A stretch of DNA of 64,000 nt from Octopus vulgaris (taxonomy: Eukaryota): NCBI GenBank assembly GCA_951406725.2, contig OX597826.1:5022001-5086000 (forward strand), written 5' to 3'. Below, in pieces: positions 43,912 to 57,915 of this stretch (its first letter is position 1; every line of letters starts with the position of its first letter). Made by a program: the position numbers and the translations under genes. The notes under the pieces were generated by a model. That model saw only the letters and a list, made by a program, of their open reading frames with translations, did no database searches and was not told the origin of the DNA.

Positions 43912-44319
43912 ATACTCTTTCACTTGTCTCAGTCATTTGACTGCAGCCATGCTGGAGCACCGCCTTAAGTCGAGCAAATTGACCCCAGGACTTATTCTTT
44001 GTAAGCCTAGTACTTATTCTATCGGTTTCTTTTGCCGAGCCGATAGGTTACGGGGACTTAAACACATCAGCATCGGTTGTCAAGCGATATTGGGGAGACA
44101 AACACAGACTCACAGATATATATATATATACATACATACATACATATATATGCATACGACAGGCGTCTTTCAGTTTCCGTCTACCAAATCCACTCACAAG
44201 GCTTTGGTCGGCCCGAGGCTATAGTAGAAGACACTTGCCCAAGGTGCCACGCAGTGGGACTGAACCCGGAACCATGTGGTTGGTAAGCAAACTACTTACC
44301 ACACAGCCACTCCTGCGCC
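43912..44319 (-). mobile_element. Well-preserved full-length tRNA/CORE-like SINE
   Basis: Reverse complement reads GGCGCAGGAGTGGCTGTGTGGTAAG...GGTTCAGTCCC...GGCACCTTGGGCAAGTG...GCTCCAGCATGG...GAAAGAGTA. Confidence 0.92.
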
Positions 44320-44776
44320 TATATGATATGTATATGTATTAAATTTTGTAAACATGAATATTTATTACATCAGTAGGAATAAACAATATAATTATTTTAG
44401 ATAACACGCTGTATTCTCATTTGGAAATGAAACGGACTATCAATACAAATGAACATACACATGCACACACACACTTATAAGTATATGTATGCTCATTCAT
44501 ATTAATTTTCCATTGAAGTACATTCAATAACTTGTCAATACTTATGCTATGGTAATGTTATCTAATTCAATAGACCATGTTGTATTGATATGTGTTTTAT
44601 TTCCCGTGAAATATTACACTCTGAAACAAAAGGGATTGATAGTTTTAATGTCATGGTATACTGAAATGTTTTGTCCTATAGATAAGATTTTGCTGTTAGA
44701 TACAAGTTCATTCCGCATTGAGAAACTACACAAGAAACATATTGTTGTTGCTATTAATATTATTAATATCATTAAC

Positions 44777-45228
44777 GCGGCGAGCTGGCAGAAGCGTTAG
44801 CAGAACGGGCGAAATGCTCAGCGGTATTTCGTCTGCAGCTACGTTCTGAGTTCAAATTCCGCCGAGATCGAATTAAGTACCAGTTATGCGCTGGTGTCGA
44901 TATAATCGACTAAAATCCGTTTGTCTGTCCTTGTTTGTCCTCTCTGTGTTTAGCCCTTTGTGGATAGTAAAGAAATAGGTATTTCGTCTGCCGCTACGTT
45001 CTGAGTTCAAATTCTGCTGAGGTGGACTTTGCCTTTCATCCTTTCAGGGTCAATTAAATGAGTACCATTTACACACTGGGGTCGATATAATCGACTTAAT
45101 CCGTTTGTCTGTCCTTGTTTGTCCTCTCTGTGTTTAGCCCCTTCTGGGTAGTAAAGAAATAGGTATTTTGCCAATCTTTACGTTCTGATTTCATATTCCG
45201 CCGGTGTTGACTTTGCTTTTCATCCTCC
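44777..45228 (+). mobile_element. Trimeric Deu-like SINE (units 44777-44977, 44978-45161, 45162-45228)
   Basis: Two identical junctions AAGAAATA|GGTATTT; the third unit is the most diverged. Confidence 0.9.
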
Positions 45229-45331
45229 AATTAATTTCGGCTTGACAAAGCTTTGCACACAACAGCAAATATATTGTTTGCTGTATATATTAGAATGGCA
45301 GTTCTTAATGAGCCGTGACAGAAGAATTTGG

Positions 45332-45380
45332 TCTATGTAGATGATGAAGCATAGCAATGTTGAAACACGTGTCATACAGA
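45332..45380 (+). ncRNA. Minimal type I hammerhead with a C3-to-A core mutation (probably inactive)
   Basis: tctatgt-ag-ATGATGA-AGCAT-agca-ATGTT-GAAA-C-acgt-GTC-atacaga; palindromic stem III ACACGTGT. Confidence 0.6.
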
Positions 45381-46167
45381 CTTATGGTATCATCCTTGGT
45401 CCAACTTCATTTTTTAAAAATTTTGTGTGCACATTGTCTATGAGGACAATCTCTCTCCTGAGAGAGTTTCCTTAGTGAATAAAGTCCATTCTACCTTTGA
45501 TTATACACGCCTATATTTTAATCATCAATAGTTAGTACACCTCTAACAAACACACACAATCAAACACGCACTCATATTAATATATATATATTATTTCATG
45601 TATAGAATAACAATAAGAGCTACAGATAATTTCTTGCTATGAAGACACGTGGCTAGGTAGAAGTTTATAATGCGATTTGTGTCTCCAAGCAATCTTGAGA
45701 CTCTGAACCTTTGAAAATCAAGAGGCCGGTACATGAGAGGCCAGCGTTCTATTTTCAAATAGAACAGGTCATGTGCTCAGAACTTGAATCTGTCTAGCCA
45801 GGTTTCTTCGTGACAAGAAACCATAAGTAGCTCACACCTCCATACCTTAAATGATATTTATCGCTCCCTGACTGAAGGGAGTAAATTTTTGTTGATCTTA
45901 CCTTAACGAAACTGTAAACTATGAATATGCATATGTATTGGATCATCCCATTAATAATGCAGTTATATATATATAGTTGTTCATGTTATTGATGTGGTAT
46001 ATCAGTGCGATACATTGAAATTATTGTAAGACTTAAATAAAGGTGCTTGAAATTCATTTTATTCTCTAATAGATATTTTCAATGTCCTAACAACCGGTTA
46101 ATCACATATCAGTTATTATCCTGCGACATACGACCATAAGCATTCCATCCGTTCCCTGCCTATCCTT

Positions 46168-46222
<55 letters not shown>

Positions 46223-46300
46223 GCACAGCAAGCTTTTCGACAAACGCTCACGAGGAGCCCATGGAATGCTGTGCATTTTGTTGGAGGATTAAGTTCCTGG

Positions 46301-46339
<39 letters not shown>

Positions 46340-47384
46340 AGTATATATATATATATATATACCTTATTGAAGTGTATATAAAACACACTTTTGTTTCCTA
46401 GTAACTGTCCCATAAATTACCCTGTAAATTTGGGCTTAATGCATATTTATTTCCTGAATATGCGCAGCAGAAATTTGGGTCTAATGTGTTTGTTCGCCTT
46501 TTATGTAAGTAAATACGGTATTATAACAGACATCCTAGCCATGACCATCCTGTTCAATGTAGTTTCTCCATTTTCAAGTGAGTAGAGTGTGATTGGAGGG
46601 ATATTTTTTTCTGTGATGTCTATTGAGTCAGTTGACTCTGCAATGGATTCTCTATCGACTGTAAGTGTTAAATGTCTCATCTACTGAGAATAGTAGTTAT
46701 CGGTTTCACTTTACACAGACATTAGTCGGCACAATTTCGAAACCATTTTTCGATTCCGCAATCTTGACCAATATTGCTTTTCGAATACTTCTTGCGCATA
46801 CACAACTTAAACACTTATTCTGATAATTCAGAAAGTAGAACAATAATATTATCTAATTTGTGAATTTCCCTTTGGTCTTTTATGAAATTTTCTGGAGATC
46901 TCTGTAAAAGCCATCCACAGGAGACATATAATTTGCATACAAAACTAAAGTGATAAATGTTTTATCGGCCTTCATGTGTATGCAACTGTTGACAATAATA
47001 AAACGTTAAAGTTCGCAGTAATATCAAGTTACTGCGACTCTCGACAGTTATATTTCCTTACCATCAACTATAATATTTAAAACGGAATGTTAGCAGTAAA
47101 CTTTATATGCATACCACTCTCCTGAGTATATGCTATTAATTTTTAGTCACGTTCTGGTGACCGCAGTATAGCACGAGGCAAAAATCATAGCGAGTAGTTA
47201 AAAGTAAGACATACTTTCGTTTTCTTTCAGTATATTTGCTTCGGCAGCAGAAAGAGCGGATCTCATCTCCTACGTATGAGTTTACTAATGGTTTCTCAAT
47301 ATATTACTGCATTCACAGACTCTTAGTACACTCACAGATTTATGAAAATTCTTATATATTTTTTAAATTCATATTCCAATATAA

Positions 47385-47770
47385 GCGCAGGTATGGCTGT
47401 GTGGTTGAGAAGTTTGTTTTCCGAGCAGTACCCTAACCAAGCGTCATTTCTTGCAGTCCCAACCCAACTAAAACCTTGTGAGTGGATTTGGTAGACGGAA
47501 GCTGCAAAAACCTAGTGCTATATAGATGTGCGCGTGCATGTACTTTGATATCATGTGATGGTTGTAAACGACTGTCACCATTATACCAGTGGTGGTGTTC
47601 GTTTCCAGTTTCCCACGAGTCATATCCAGCTATGGGGAAGTATTACCGCGATTGGAAGCAAGTGGTGTTTGAAGACAAGAAGGTTCTCTGACCGAGAAAG
47701 AAATCTGTGTCAACGAATTATGTCTGTCCCATGCAAGCATGGAAAAGTGGTCGTTAAATGGTGATGATGG
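47385..47770 (+). mobile_element. Decayed CORE-like SINE variant
   Basis: gcgcaggtatggctgtgtggttgag...gtgagtggatttggtagacggaa; divergent 3' half ending in (gat)n. Confidence 0.6.
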
Positions 47771-47817
47771 CTCCACTATAAAAAAAATGGGTCACTTCAG
47801 AAAGTAGTGCTCTTCTT

Positions 47818-48266
47818 ATTTCTTTACTGCCCATAAAGGGCTACATACAGAAGGGACAAACAAGGCCAGACAAACGGATTAAGTCGATTACGTCGACCCC
47901 AGTGCGTAACTGGTACTTAATTTATCGACTCCGAAAGGATGAAAGGCAAAGTCGACCTCGGCGGAATTTAAATTCAGAACGTAACGGCAGACGAAATACC
48001 GCTAAGCATTTTATCCGGCGTGCTAACGGTTCTTATTTCTTTACTACTCGCAAGGGGCTAAACGCAGAGAGGACAAACAAGGATAGACAAACGGATTAAG
48101 TCAATTATATCGACACCAGTGCGTAACTGGTACTTAATTTATCGACCCCGAAACGATGAAGGGCAAAGTCGACCTCGGCGGATTTTGAACTCAGAACGTA
48201 ACGGCAGACGAAATACCGCTAAGCATTTCGCCCGGTGTGTTAACGTTTCTGCCAGCTCGCCGCCTT
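47818..48266 (-). mobile_element. Dimeric young Deu-like SINE inside one 14-bp TSD
   Basis: GTAGTGCTCTTCTT at 47804-47817 and 48267-48280; junction gctaacggttct|tatttctttac at ~48033. Confidence 0.93.
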
Positions 48267-48819
48267 GTAGTGCTCTTCTTGACAACCACTCACCTACGTA
48301 GCGTAAAGTAATATAACCTAACATTTAGCTTCATAGGTAGCTGGTTTAGGAGAAAGAAGTAAAAACTTATCGAACTTATTCTATGAACTAGCTAGGATCC
48401 TTGCTCGAGCGATGTGTAGAATTCGAAAGGATTTCATAAAGGAAGGAAAAAGAAAAAAAAGGAAGTTATTTGTTAAAACTACTGTCAGAAGCTGTTTTAT
48501 TTTAGATATACCTATTAAAATACTCAGTGTTACCTCCCCTTGAGAAACAGTTCCTTTATCGAAACGACTTTGTCTAAAAAGCAGTTGGATCTTGAGCCTA
48601 GAGGGAACAGTTGACTGCATGCCGAAGTATGTACTTGTGTTATTGTACCTATACGTCCCGTGTATTTATACTTGTGAAAGTATCCCTAACAGGAAGAACA
48701 ATTTCATATAAACTCTAATAAGTAACTGAGTGTCCATATACAGTTGATACATGGGTATGCTGCCCTTGACTCTACCTTGGTGTCCTTAAAATTCCTAGAT
48801 TCTATTGGATCCTGCAAAT

Positions 48820-48891
<72 letters not shown>

Positions 48892-49634
48892 TAAGATTGT
48901 TGTGTCAGCAAGAAGTAATTAAGATGAAGCTAGATGTTGATTGAAAAAACAATATGGTATATCGGGAATTTGTTAGCAATAACAACCATAATCTATTTGG
49001 GATTAATTGCTACAGTCCAGTTGCTTATCGCTTGGTTTCCATGACCACGAGACATTTAAACTTCGTCGCTCCCTCATTTATATTAAACTTTAATGTTGAA
49101 AATATCACAAAAGGTCTTTATTACATTAATACAATTTCTCTTTATACTGTGTTCGATTTACATAAAACGTCATGCATATACAACGCATCGTATGTTCAAT
49201 TGTTTCAATGCGCATATATTTGTCCTTATCACATCTAATATTTCATCCGTAACTATATCTTTGAATATCTATTAGTAAAGATGTAACTATTTCTGGCTCT
49301 GTGTATTCCGTTATTTCGAAATGACATGATCTGCGACATTTAAACACGTTCAATAAATTGCATAAATGATGAAGAACAAAACAAAAGGCAAAGAAATGAT
49401 AAAAAAAAAGTAACAACAACAACAACTACATCAACACAAAACTAAAACTGAATTTCTTGCCAAACATCACATGGAAACAGTCCATGAAATTATCCATAGT
49501 GAACGATTAACTTAGTTACATATATGCTAGTTATAAATGTCTGTCTCTCTGCTTGCTTGTATGTCTGATTGCTTCTGTTGTATGTATGTAGATGTAACTC
49601 TGAACCAGTCACTGTAAATATTCACATTTGTCTG

Positions 49635-49676
<42 letters not shown>

Positions 49677-49678
<2 letters not shown>

Positions 49679-49793
49679 TCTAGGGAGAGTCATGCAGAAA
49701 CTATATATATATATCGTTGTGTCTAGGGGGAATGATTATGCAAAGATGATATATATATGTGTGTATTGTTGTATCTAGGGAAGTCATTATGCA

Positions 49794-49843
<50 letters not shown>

Positions 49844-49884
49844 GTTTTTGCATAATGGCTGTCCCTAGATACAACAATACACAC
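49677..49884. repeat. Three direct copies plus one inverted copy of a ~35-40-bp unit, separated by (TA)n
   Basis: Unit ttgtatctagggaagtcattatgcaaaaa at 49677, 49716 and 49759; inverted copy at 49841-49884. Confidence 0.85.
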
Positions 49885-49952
49885 ACATACATGTACATTA
49901 TTTAAAGTTTCTTGGCTGTATAAGTTCACCACGCCAAATGTTCAGAGACTGT

Positions 49953-49986
49953 CTCCAATATTCTGATGAGGAGGGTATGTCATATG

Positions 49987-50023
<37 letters not shown>

Positions 50024-50188
50024 AAGAAAGGGAGAGAGAAGAGAGATCATTGTTAAGAGCGTATCAAAACATGATTGTGGCAGCGTGTTTGGCGTACCAA
50101 TAACGGCACATACAAGCAAACACATCTATCTAGAATTACAACCAGTGCACGCATATAACGGTAGTATCCGCCAAAGCAGTAGGATCAG

Positions 50189-50252
<64 letters not shown>

Positions 50253-50733
50253 AAGCGAAACCAGAGAATGTAACAAAGATCAGTGAGCTCGAACAAGAAA
50301 ATATTGCGTGGAGTGGAAATTTTAAAGATGGAAATGAGATGGTGAAATACCGTAAAACATTTCATATATCGATTTTTTGACGGTGTCATGTCCTGACATC
50401 AACGTACTGCCACGAGCCTCACAAACTCATCGATTTTCATCAAAATTGGACAAAAAATGCAGAAGTTGTAAGAAAAAATAAAATCGTTATGGGAATTTCC
50501 ATTCAAACGCCCGATTGAGCTCACATAATCAATGCCAACTGAGTATTATCGAGTTTTCAAAAGATTCCGGCCTTATCTGAACTTCAGGGCATGTGATCTA
50601 CCTCTGTGCTAAAAATCATTAAAATTTGTTGCACGGTGTGGGAGGAGTTAGAGTAACCCGAAACACACAGACAGACAGACACCATTACACATTTATGTAT
50701 ATAGATTACTGTACCCTGAAACGGCCGTTGGAG
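49953..50733 (+). ncRNA. Penelope-type hammerhead split by insertions in loop II
   Basis: 5' half ctcc..CTGATGA-gg-AGGGTA (49953-49977); 3' half TACCCT-GAAA-CGGCCG-TT-ggag (50712-50733). Confidence 0.55.
50272..50705 (-). mobile_element. Non-autonomous Helitron/HINE-like element
   Basis: Minus strand starts A|TCTATATACATAAA followed by (TGTC)n, like the other two Helitrons; the 3' end is non-canonical (..gatctttgt). Confidence 0.6.
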
Positions 50734-51057
50734 CTCCACAACCAAATTATTTAAACTGGACTACCTATATTATTTACGGAGATATATTTTTATTCTTTAA
50801 TGATTTTAACATCGCTTTTAATCTAATAATATTTATATATAATTTTATACATCAACATTTTCATACTTAATTTGATTTTTCTATTATGTTTGTATATATT
50901 TATGTATTCATAAATGTTTAATATGTTTGAATATTTTAATGACTGATACCTTAATATATTTTATTAACTGATATACATCGATTTATGGCTGAATATGTGT
51001 TTATACTAAGTGTTGAACCTACTTGAAATCTCCTCTTGAATATTTTTTTATTATATA

Positions 51058-51423
51058 CTAGCACTATGACCCGGTGTTGCCGGGTCATAGTGCTAGTGCA
51101 TGCACATACTGCTTCGTGCCTGCGCACATACACGCGAGTATTGTCCAAATCTCTGACCAATCACATAAAACTAGCTGGCATTCGATTGGCGTATCAAATT
51201 TCAGGCATTTTTATTGGGTTTTGGATAGAAAATTTTTTTTTAAAAGTCACTTCTATTGATTTTTTAATCGCTTTACGGGGTGACTGGGGAAATGTAAAGA
51301 TGTGCACGACCACCCTTGGATGAGTTTGAATGACCATAGAAAGTGCGAGCCCTCTAACTGAAAAATTGAGGATTTGTATAAAGGACACGCACACAGACAT
51401 TTTGCCGTTTATATATAGAGAGA
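51058..51423 (-). mobile_element. Non-autonomous Helitron
   Basis: Minus strand has a 5' A|TC, a 3' hairpin and CTAG|T; no TSD. Confidence 0.85.
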
Positions 51424-51754
51424 TATGTATCAACTCACACAAACACACACATAATATACACAATAATTCCTATTTGTCCTGGAGTATCCTGTGGTTCTAT
51501 ACACAAGCACCTATGAATGAGTTTACATATACGATTGTGTGTGGTTCAAAGTACAATAAACAATACCATAAATATTTAGATTATAATATGATTGTAATGC
51601 GTTTGTCTTCTTTCATTTCTCTCAGGCTCACCTTACCATAATGACAAAGATGCCTGCAAACACATACAGTTGGTGAAAGCCTCCACGTTGTATTTGTTAC
51701 GTAAGTAATATTTTGAAATTTAACATATCTATGTCTGTATATACTTATTCTCCT

Positions 51755-51897
<143 letters not shown>

Positions 51898-52689
51898 TAT
51901 ATAAATATTTGTCGTTTATGGAGACATGCGTACGCAACTACACACACGCCTGTACTATATATATATATAGTACAAAGTAAGAAACAGCTGTAAGGAGCAT
52001 TTTATTTGTATCATTCTTAGGGTATTATTAATTTGCATATTGATATATATTGTTTTGTTCGATTTTCATGTTCCTATTTATATAGTTAATAAATAATATG
52101 AAATGGTAATATCTGTAAGTTGATGATTGAAATGAATTTGTTCTTCCATTTCCTTATTTGTATTATATATATATATTGTTGTGTTTCGGGCGGATGGTCA
52201 TTGTTAACAATAATAAGGATTTAAAAAATGAAAGTGAAGAACGAATATACAGTGCGAGTGTTTAATTGTAAAAAAAAATACGAGAGAATGATAATCCGAA
52301 ATATAACAATATTTGTTTTAACCCCCGATTTCTCATTAGGAATTTTGAAAAATAAATTCAGATAGAATGTAAAATTTTTTTTCTTTTAAATTAAAATTTT
52401 TCTTAAAAAACATCTTCTATCGCCCCCTCCTCAGCTCTTTCTACTTTCCAAAGTCAAAACCACCTGATGTTTTACATATAGGATAAAGTGGGGATTGTAA
52501 TAGTGATCGCTGATTTCCCATTTTTTAAAATTCCCCAACGCTTCTCCCATCATAAAAACATGCGTGTAGTGCCAAAAAGAAATGGCCAAAATTTGTAAAA
52601 AAGAGGTTGGAGAGGGGCATTGAAAAAATTAATACATTTCCAAATCCCCACCCCCACCGAAAAGAGTCTCCCATTGTTTTTAAGTGTGT

Positions 52690-52972
52690 TAACTGGCATT
52701 CCGTCGGTTACTACGACGAGGGTTTCAGTTGATCTTATCAACAGCTTGCTCCCCAAACACGTGTGCCCTTAACGTAGTTCTCAGGGAGATTCAGCGTGAC
52801 ACAGAATGTGACACGGCTGGTCCTTTGAATTACAGGTAATACCCATTTTTGCCAGCTGAATGGACTAGAGCAAAACGATAAAGAGTGTCTTGCTAGGCAC
52901 AACGCGTCGTCTGGAATTGAACCAACGACCTTACGATCGTGAGCCCAATACGCTAACCACTAAGCCACGTGC
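52690..52972 (-). mobile_element. tRNA-derived CORE-like SINE (head related to 17218-17467, different tail)
   Basis: Reverse complement reads GCACGTGGCTTAGTGGTTAGCG...GGTTCAATTCC...CAAGACAC...GTCCATTCAGCTGGCAAAAATG. Confidence 0.8.
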
Positions 52973-53271
52973 TTTAAGTATATTGCGCAAAAAATAAAAA
53001 TGAATAGGTCGAGAAGGAGGGTCATAAATTTTCAAAACTTTTTCTCAAAAAGTTACCCCTCCACCTCCACCCATCATTTCTAAGGTTTTGGTTGAATCAT
53101 CCCTGTCAAAGCTGAGCAAATCCAAGACATGAGGGTTTGCTATTCTGGAGGTCTGCCAAAGTGGTTCTATTGTGCAAGTTACCGGGTGACGATGGGATAT
53201 TCAGCTTGTATAATGTACACACTCACACACATGCATACATACGTGCGCACGCGCATGCTCACACGTGTAAG

Positions 53272-54210
<939 letters not shown>

Positions 54211-54228
54211 ACACACACACACACGTGC

Positions 54229-54281
<53 letters not shown>

Positions 54282-54369
54282 GATAAGGGTAGAAATTGTT
54301 ATTAATCAATTAAAACCAGTGGCCTTGCATATTTAAAAAATTCCGAAGATTAAAAATTTTTTTTACATG

Positions 54370-54602
54370 CAAAATTTATAGGATTGCCCACTAAAAGTGG
54401 ACAACTTGTATGCTAGATCGCCATTTTCCACGGAGAATGTGTTCTCAAAAAAAAATTCAGCAAAATACCAATGCATAAAAATAAGCAAGACAAATGAAAA
54501 TATACGAAATAAAAAACGATTTTTCCGTGGAAAATGGCGATTTTGACGTCTATATCTAGCATGCAGGCTGTCCACTTTTAGTGGTCAATCCTCTAAATTT
54601 TG
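54370..54602. mobile_element. MITE with long imperfect TIRs, related to 41981-42291
   Basis: caaaatttataggattgcccactaaaagtggaca pairs with tgtccacttttagtggtcaatcctctaaattttg; inner inverted repeat atcgccattttccacgga/tccgtggaaaatggcgat. Confidence 0.85.
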
Positions 54603-55604
54603 TATATATATATACAAATACATATAGATAGATAGATATACGTGTGTTTGTGCGTATACAGAAAGACATACAAAACCGAGAGAGAGGAAAGAAACCATGG
54701 CTATGGTTTTATCTGTTGTCATAACCTAACATAGTATTCTACACTTGTTACTACACGTGCCTGTACAATAGCTACAGCTTGTCCGATGCTGCTAGCGGTG
54801 CTTTCTTCTGAAGCTATTACTCCACCCTCTCCTCCTCACCCTCCCACTCCATGTATCTTTTTAATGATTTATGGTATCCTGCATTCTGTGTCGGAGATGA
54901 ATTTAATGTAAAACATATAAATATATTACCGAAGACGTATCATATCACCAACCCCCGACTCCGTTTCTATAATCAACCACCAACCATCTCTGGTGCCCCC
55001 TCATTCCCTTCTTCCCAATTGGCATTATGATTATCATCATCATTATCAACAACAACTAGAAAATACGACATCTGCTACAGTAATGGTTGCCACTTTAGAT
55101 CCCATACGATTAACCAAGTCATGTTGAAATGTACTCTACTAGGCGAATGTATAGTATATCTGGGGTTATTGATCTCTGGATTGTAACGAAGTCATATGTC
55201 AGTCTACTTAGCATGCATAAGGGCTGCAAGTAGCTCTATGCAAAGAAATTCATTGTTTCCACCAACAACACTCCCATAAACCTCATCATCATCATCATCA
55301 TAATGATTTGCATTATCACTGCCGGCAAAAAGTCCATATGTCCATCATAATAATCATTGCTATCATCGTCAGTAGGACCACCATGACCATCATCATCGTT
55401 ACCACTACTCTATAGCTGCAGTTTAATAGCTAACCGGTTTTCACTTATCATAAACATCATCATCACTGACAATATATTATTAGTAGATGCAGTAGTGCTA
55501 TGATTATTAAAGTAATAGTCTAAGAGTGTGTGACTCAAAATGCTTTGCACTATTTGTTCCTGCTCTTTACTTTCAATTTCGTCATCCTAGTATTTGTATA
55601 TTGA

Positions 55605-55815
55605 ATTCAAATTTTGGCTCAAGGCCAGCAATTTCGGGTGAGGAGGTAAGTTGGTTACATAGACTCCAGTACTCACCTGGTATTTGACCTATCATTATTT
55701 CAGGGTTGTTTACCGACCCCAAAAGTATGATAGGCAAAGTTGACTTCGGTAGAATTTAACTTCAGAACGGAAAGATGGACGAAATACCGCTAACGGTTTT
55801 GCCACCTCACCGCTC
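55605..55815 (-). mobile_element. Old Deu-like SINE
   Basis: ttcaaattttggctcaaggccagcaat...gaccccaaaagtatgataggcaaagttgac...gaaataccgctaac. Confidence 0.75.
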
Positions 55816-55859
55816 TGGCTTCTTGGCTTCATGCTCTTGCTGGAGGTCATTCTAACTTA

Positions 55860-56120
55860 GTGGCCCCATTGGCGTCATCATGCTTAGAGCTGAGTCATGC
55901 CTACCAGTGCTCTCCATCGCTGGCGGTCACGTAGCCGCTCCTCTGCATCCTGAAAGGTGACATCGAGACCCCAGAGATTTTCCCCAGTCACATCCAGCCA
56001 TCTGGTGCGGAGCTTATCACGAGGCCTCTTCCAGGCCGTAACTGCTGCGGCGAATGAGAGTCAACCTCTGGTAGGATGATCTAGCGGAGATGGAGGACAT
56101 GTTCGTACCAGCATAGAGCC
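55860..56120 (-). pseudogene. RTE/RTE-X LINE 3' ORF fragment
   Basis: Minus strand gives LCWYEHVL, DHPTR and WKRPRDKLRTRWLDVTGENLWGL...RDRQRWRALV, matching the RTE C-terminal 'RWFGHV..KRPRGRP..RW.D..DR..WR' pattern. Confidence 0.85.
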
Positions 56121-57249
56121 TTGAAAAACCATCGAAAATATCAGATGATACCATTATGTTCTCAACAAACAACTACATGCGCACACGCATTATCACCCTT
56201 AAAAAACACCAGTATATTAACAGGATTATTACAATTGACTCATCCCTCAACCCTTAAATTTGTGGCCAAGTCTAGGTTAAATATGATTATTATTCATAGT
56301 AGCAGAGGGCAGAAGATTAGTAAAATCAGTAGCGCGGGTGTGAAAATACTATGCGATATTTGGAACGGTCCTTCGGTTCATTATGTTCTTAGTTGAAGTC
56401 TCACTAGTGTCAACCAACTTACCCTTTCATCCTTCCAGGGTCGAAATAATAAAAGTACCATTGGAGTATTGAGTTTTGGCTTCCATATAATCGTATTAGT
56501 AAATCTCCGGTTTTGTGCCTATGATACAAACGATTATTAATCGTAGCGACAATGGCGGCGATAGTCATGGAGCAACGCTTTGTGTTTGTTGTTACTGAAA
56601 ATTCTTGTGGTATGAGCAGCCTGCAGCATGCATACGATGTGATTGCCAAAATATAATAATAAAAAATGATTAGTTAAATGTGCAACAGCTTTAACACCAA
56701 CAAAGGCAACACTAATCACCACCACTAACAACAACAACGTAAATACTAACAACACAAACAACCAAACGGGACAAATGGTAATGCTAAATCAATAGTGTGT
56801 ATGATTTATAGGTGCCTATAACTTTATCTGTGATTATATGGTTAGAATTCCTCCATAAATTATAGATCCTATCTCCAAAACAGTTCACTCCTTGGAAACA
56901 CTGCAAAGACTGGCATAAGTTCAAATTGTCCATTAAATATTGCTGTAGTATTTATTAAGAGGGCGGCTGGTTTATACAACAACAAAAATTACAAAAACAA
57001 CTATCACAAAAACTGATAACCTTAATAATGTTATTTCTGTTGTTATTGGTATTTTTGTTATTGATGGTGGTGGTGGTGGTGGTGGTGGGGTTGGGCTTTA
57101 TCCTTGATGTTGATTTTAATGTTGATGGTATAGCTGTTGCTGTTGCATTCTGCTTTTCTTTATTTTTGTTTAGTTATTTTGCAAAAGTCCATGTTAAGTG
57201 TTTTTGTTTTTGTTCCATCTGTTGGTTCCGATAAAAATAATTATTATTT

Positions 57250-57452
57250 AAAATTTTGGTGTGCGGATCGTAATTTTATTGAGGGTGGAGAAGTCGATTA
57301 CATCGATCCCAGTGCTCGACTGGCACTGATTTTCTCAATCCAGAACGGATAAAAGACAAAGGTGACCTCGACGGATTTTGAGGTCGCGACGCAAAGAGTC
57401 GGAAGAAATACCGCTAAGCATTTTGTCTGACGCATTGGACAGTTTAACGCCT
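57250..57452 (-). mobile_element. Old Deu-like SINE
   Basis: gtcgattacatcgatcccagtgctcgactgg...gaaataccgctaagcattt. Confidence 0.75.
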
Positions 57453-57626
57453 TAATAATAAAAATAAAAATGATGGTAACGATGAATGCATCGAGGATGA
57501 TTTATTTGCCATTAAGGCGACGGATGTGGGGTGGACAATTACGAAGACGTAAAGCTTGGTGATTTGCAAAAAAATTATCAAATTTAAAAAAAACATAAAA
57601 TGCTCTAATAAATATTTTAAAAATTT

Positions 57627-57915
57627 TATGCGTCCTTTTCAAGCTTAGCCGGTTTCTATGACGTATGTGCCCCCCCCCCCCACCAGCCGGACGGGACGCC
57701 AGTCTATCACAGCGTTACTCAAGAAACAGAAAGAAAGAGTGAGAGAAAGTTGGGGCGAAAGAGTACAACAGGGGTCGCCACCTCCCCCTACCGGAGCCTC
57801 GTGGTGCTTTAGGAGTTTTCGCTCAATAAACACACACAACGCCCGGTCTGGGAATCGAAACCGCGATCCTCCGACGGCGAGTTCGCTGCCCTACCCACTG
57901 GGTCATTGCGCCTCC
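57627..57915 (-). mobile_element. tRNA-derived SINE with V-like domain
   Basis: Reverse complement reads GGAGGCGCAATGACCCAGTGGGTAGGGC...GGTTTCGATTCCC...GATAGACTGGCGTCCCGTCC; possible TSD TAATAAATAT at 57606 and 57917. Confidence 0.85.

Noticed and set aside
47902-48324. Duplicated 'MRNWYLIYR...' ORFs
   Set aside because: Translations of the dimeric SINE.
49677-49884. CRISPR array
   Set aside because: The spacers are TA repeats, one unit is inverted, the context is eukaryotic and there are no cas genes.
57840-57915. tRNA genes (here and at other A/B-box heads)
   Set aside because: The heads run directly into SINE bodies and tails and lack a complete cloverleaf.
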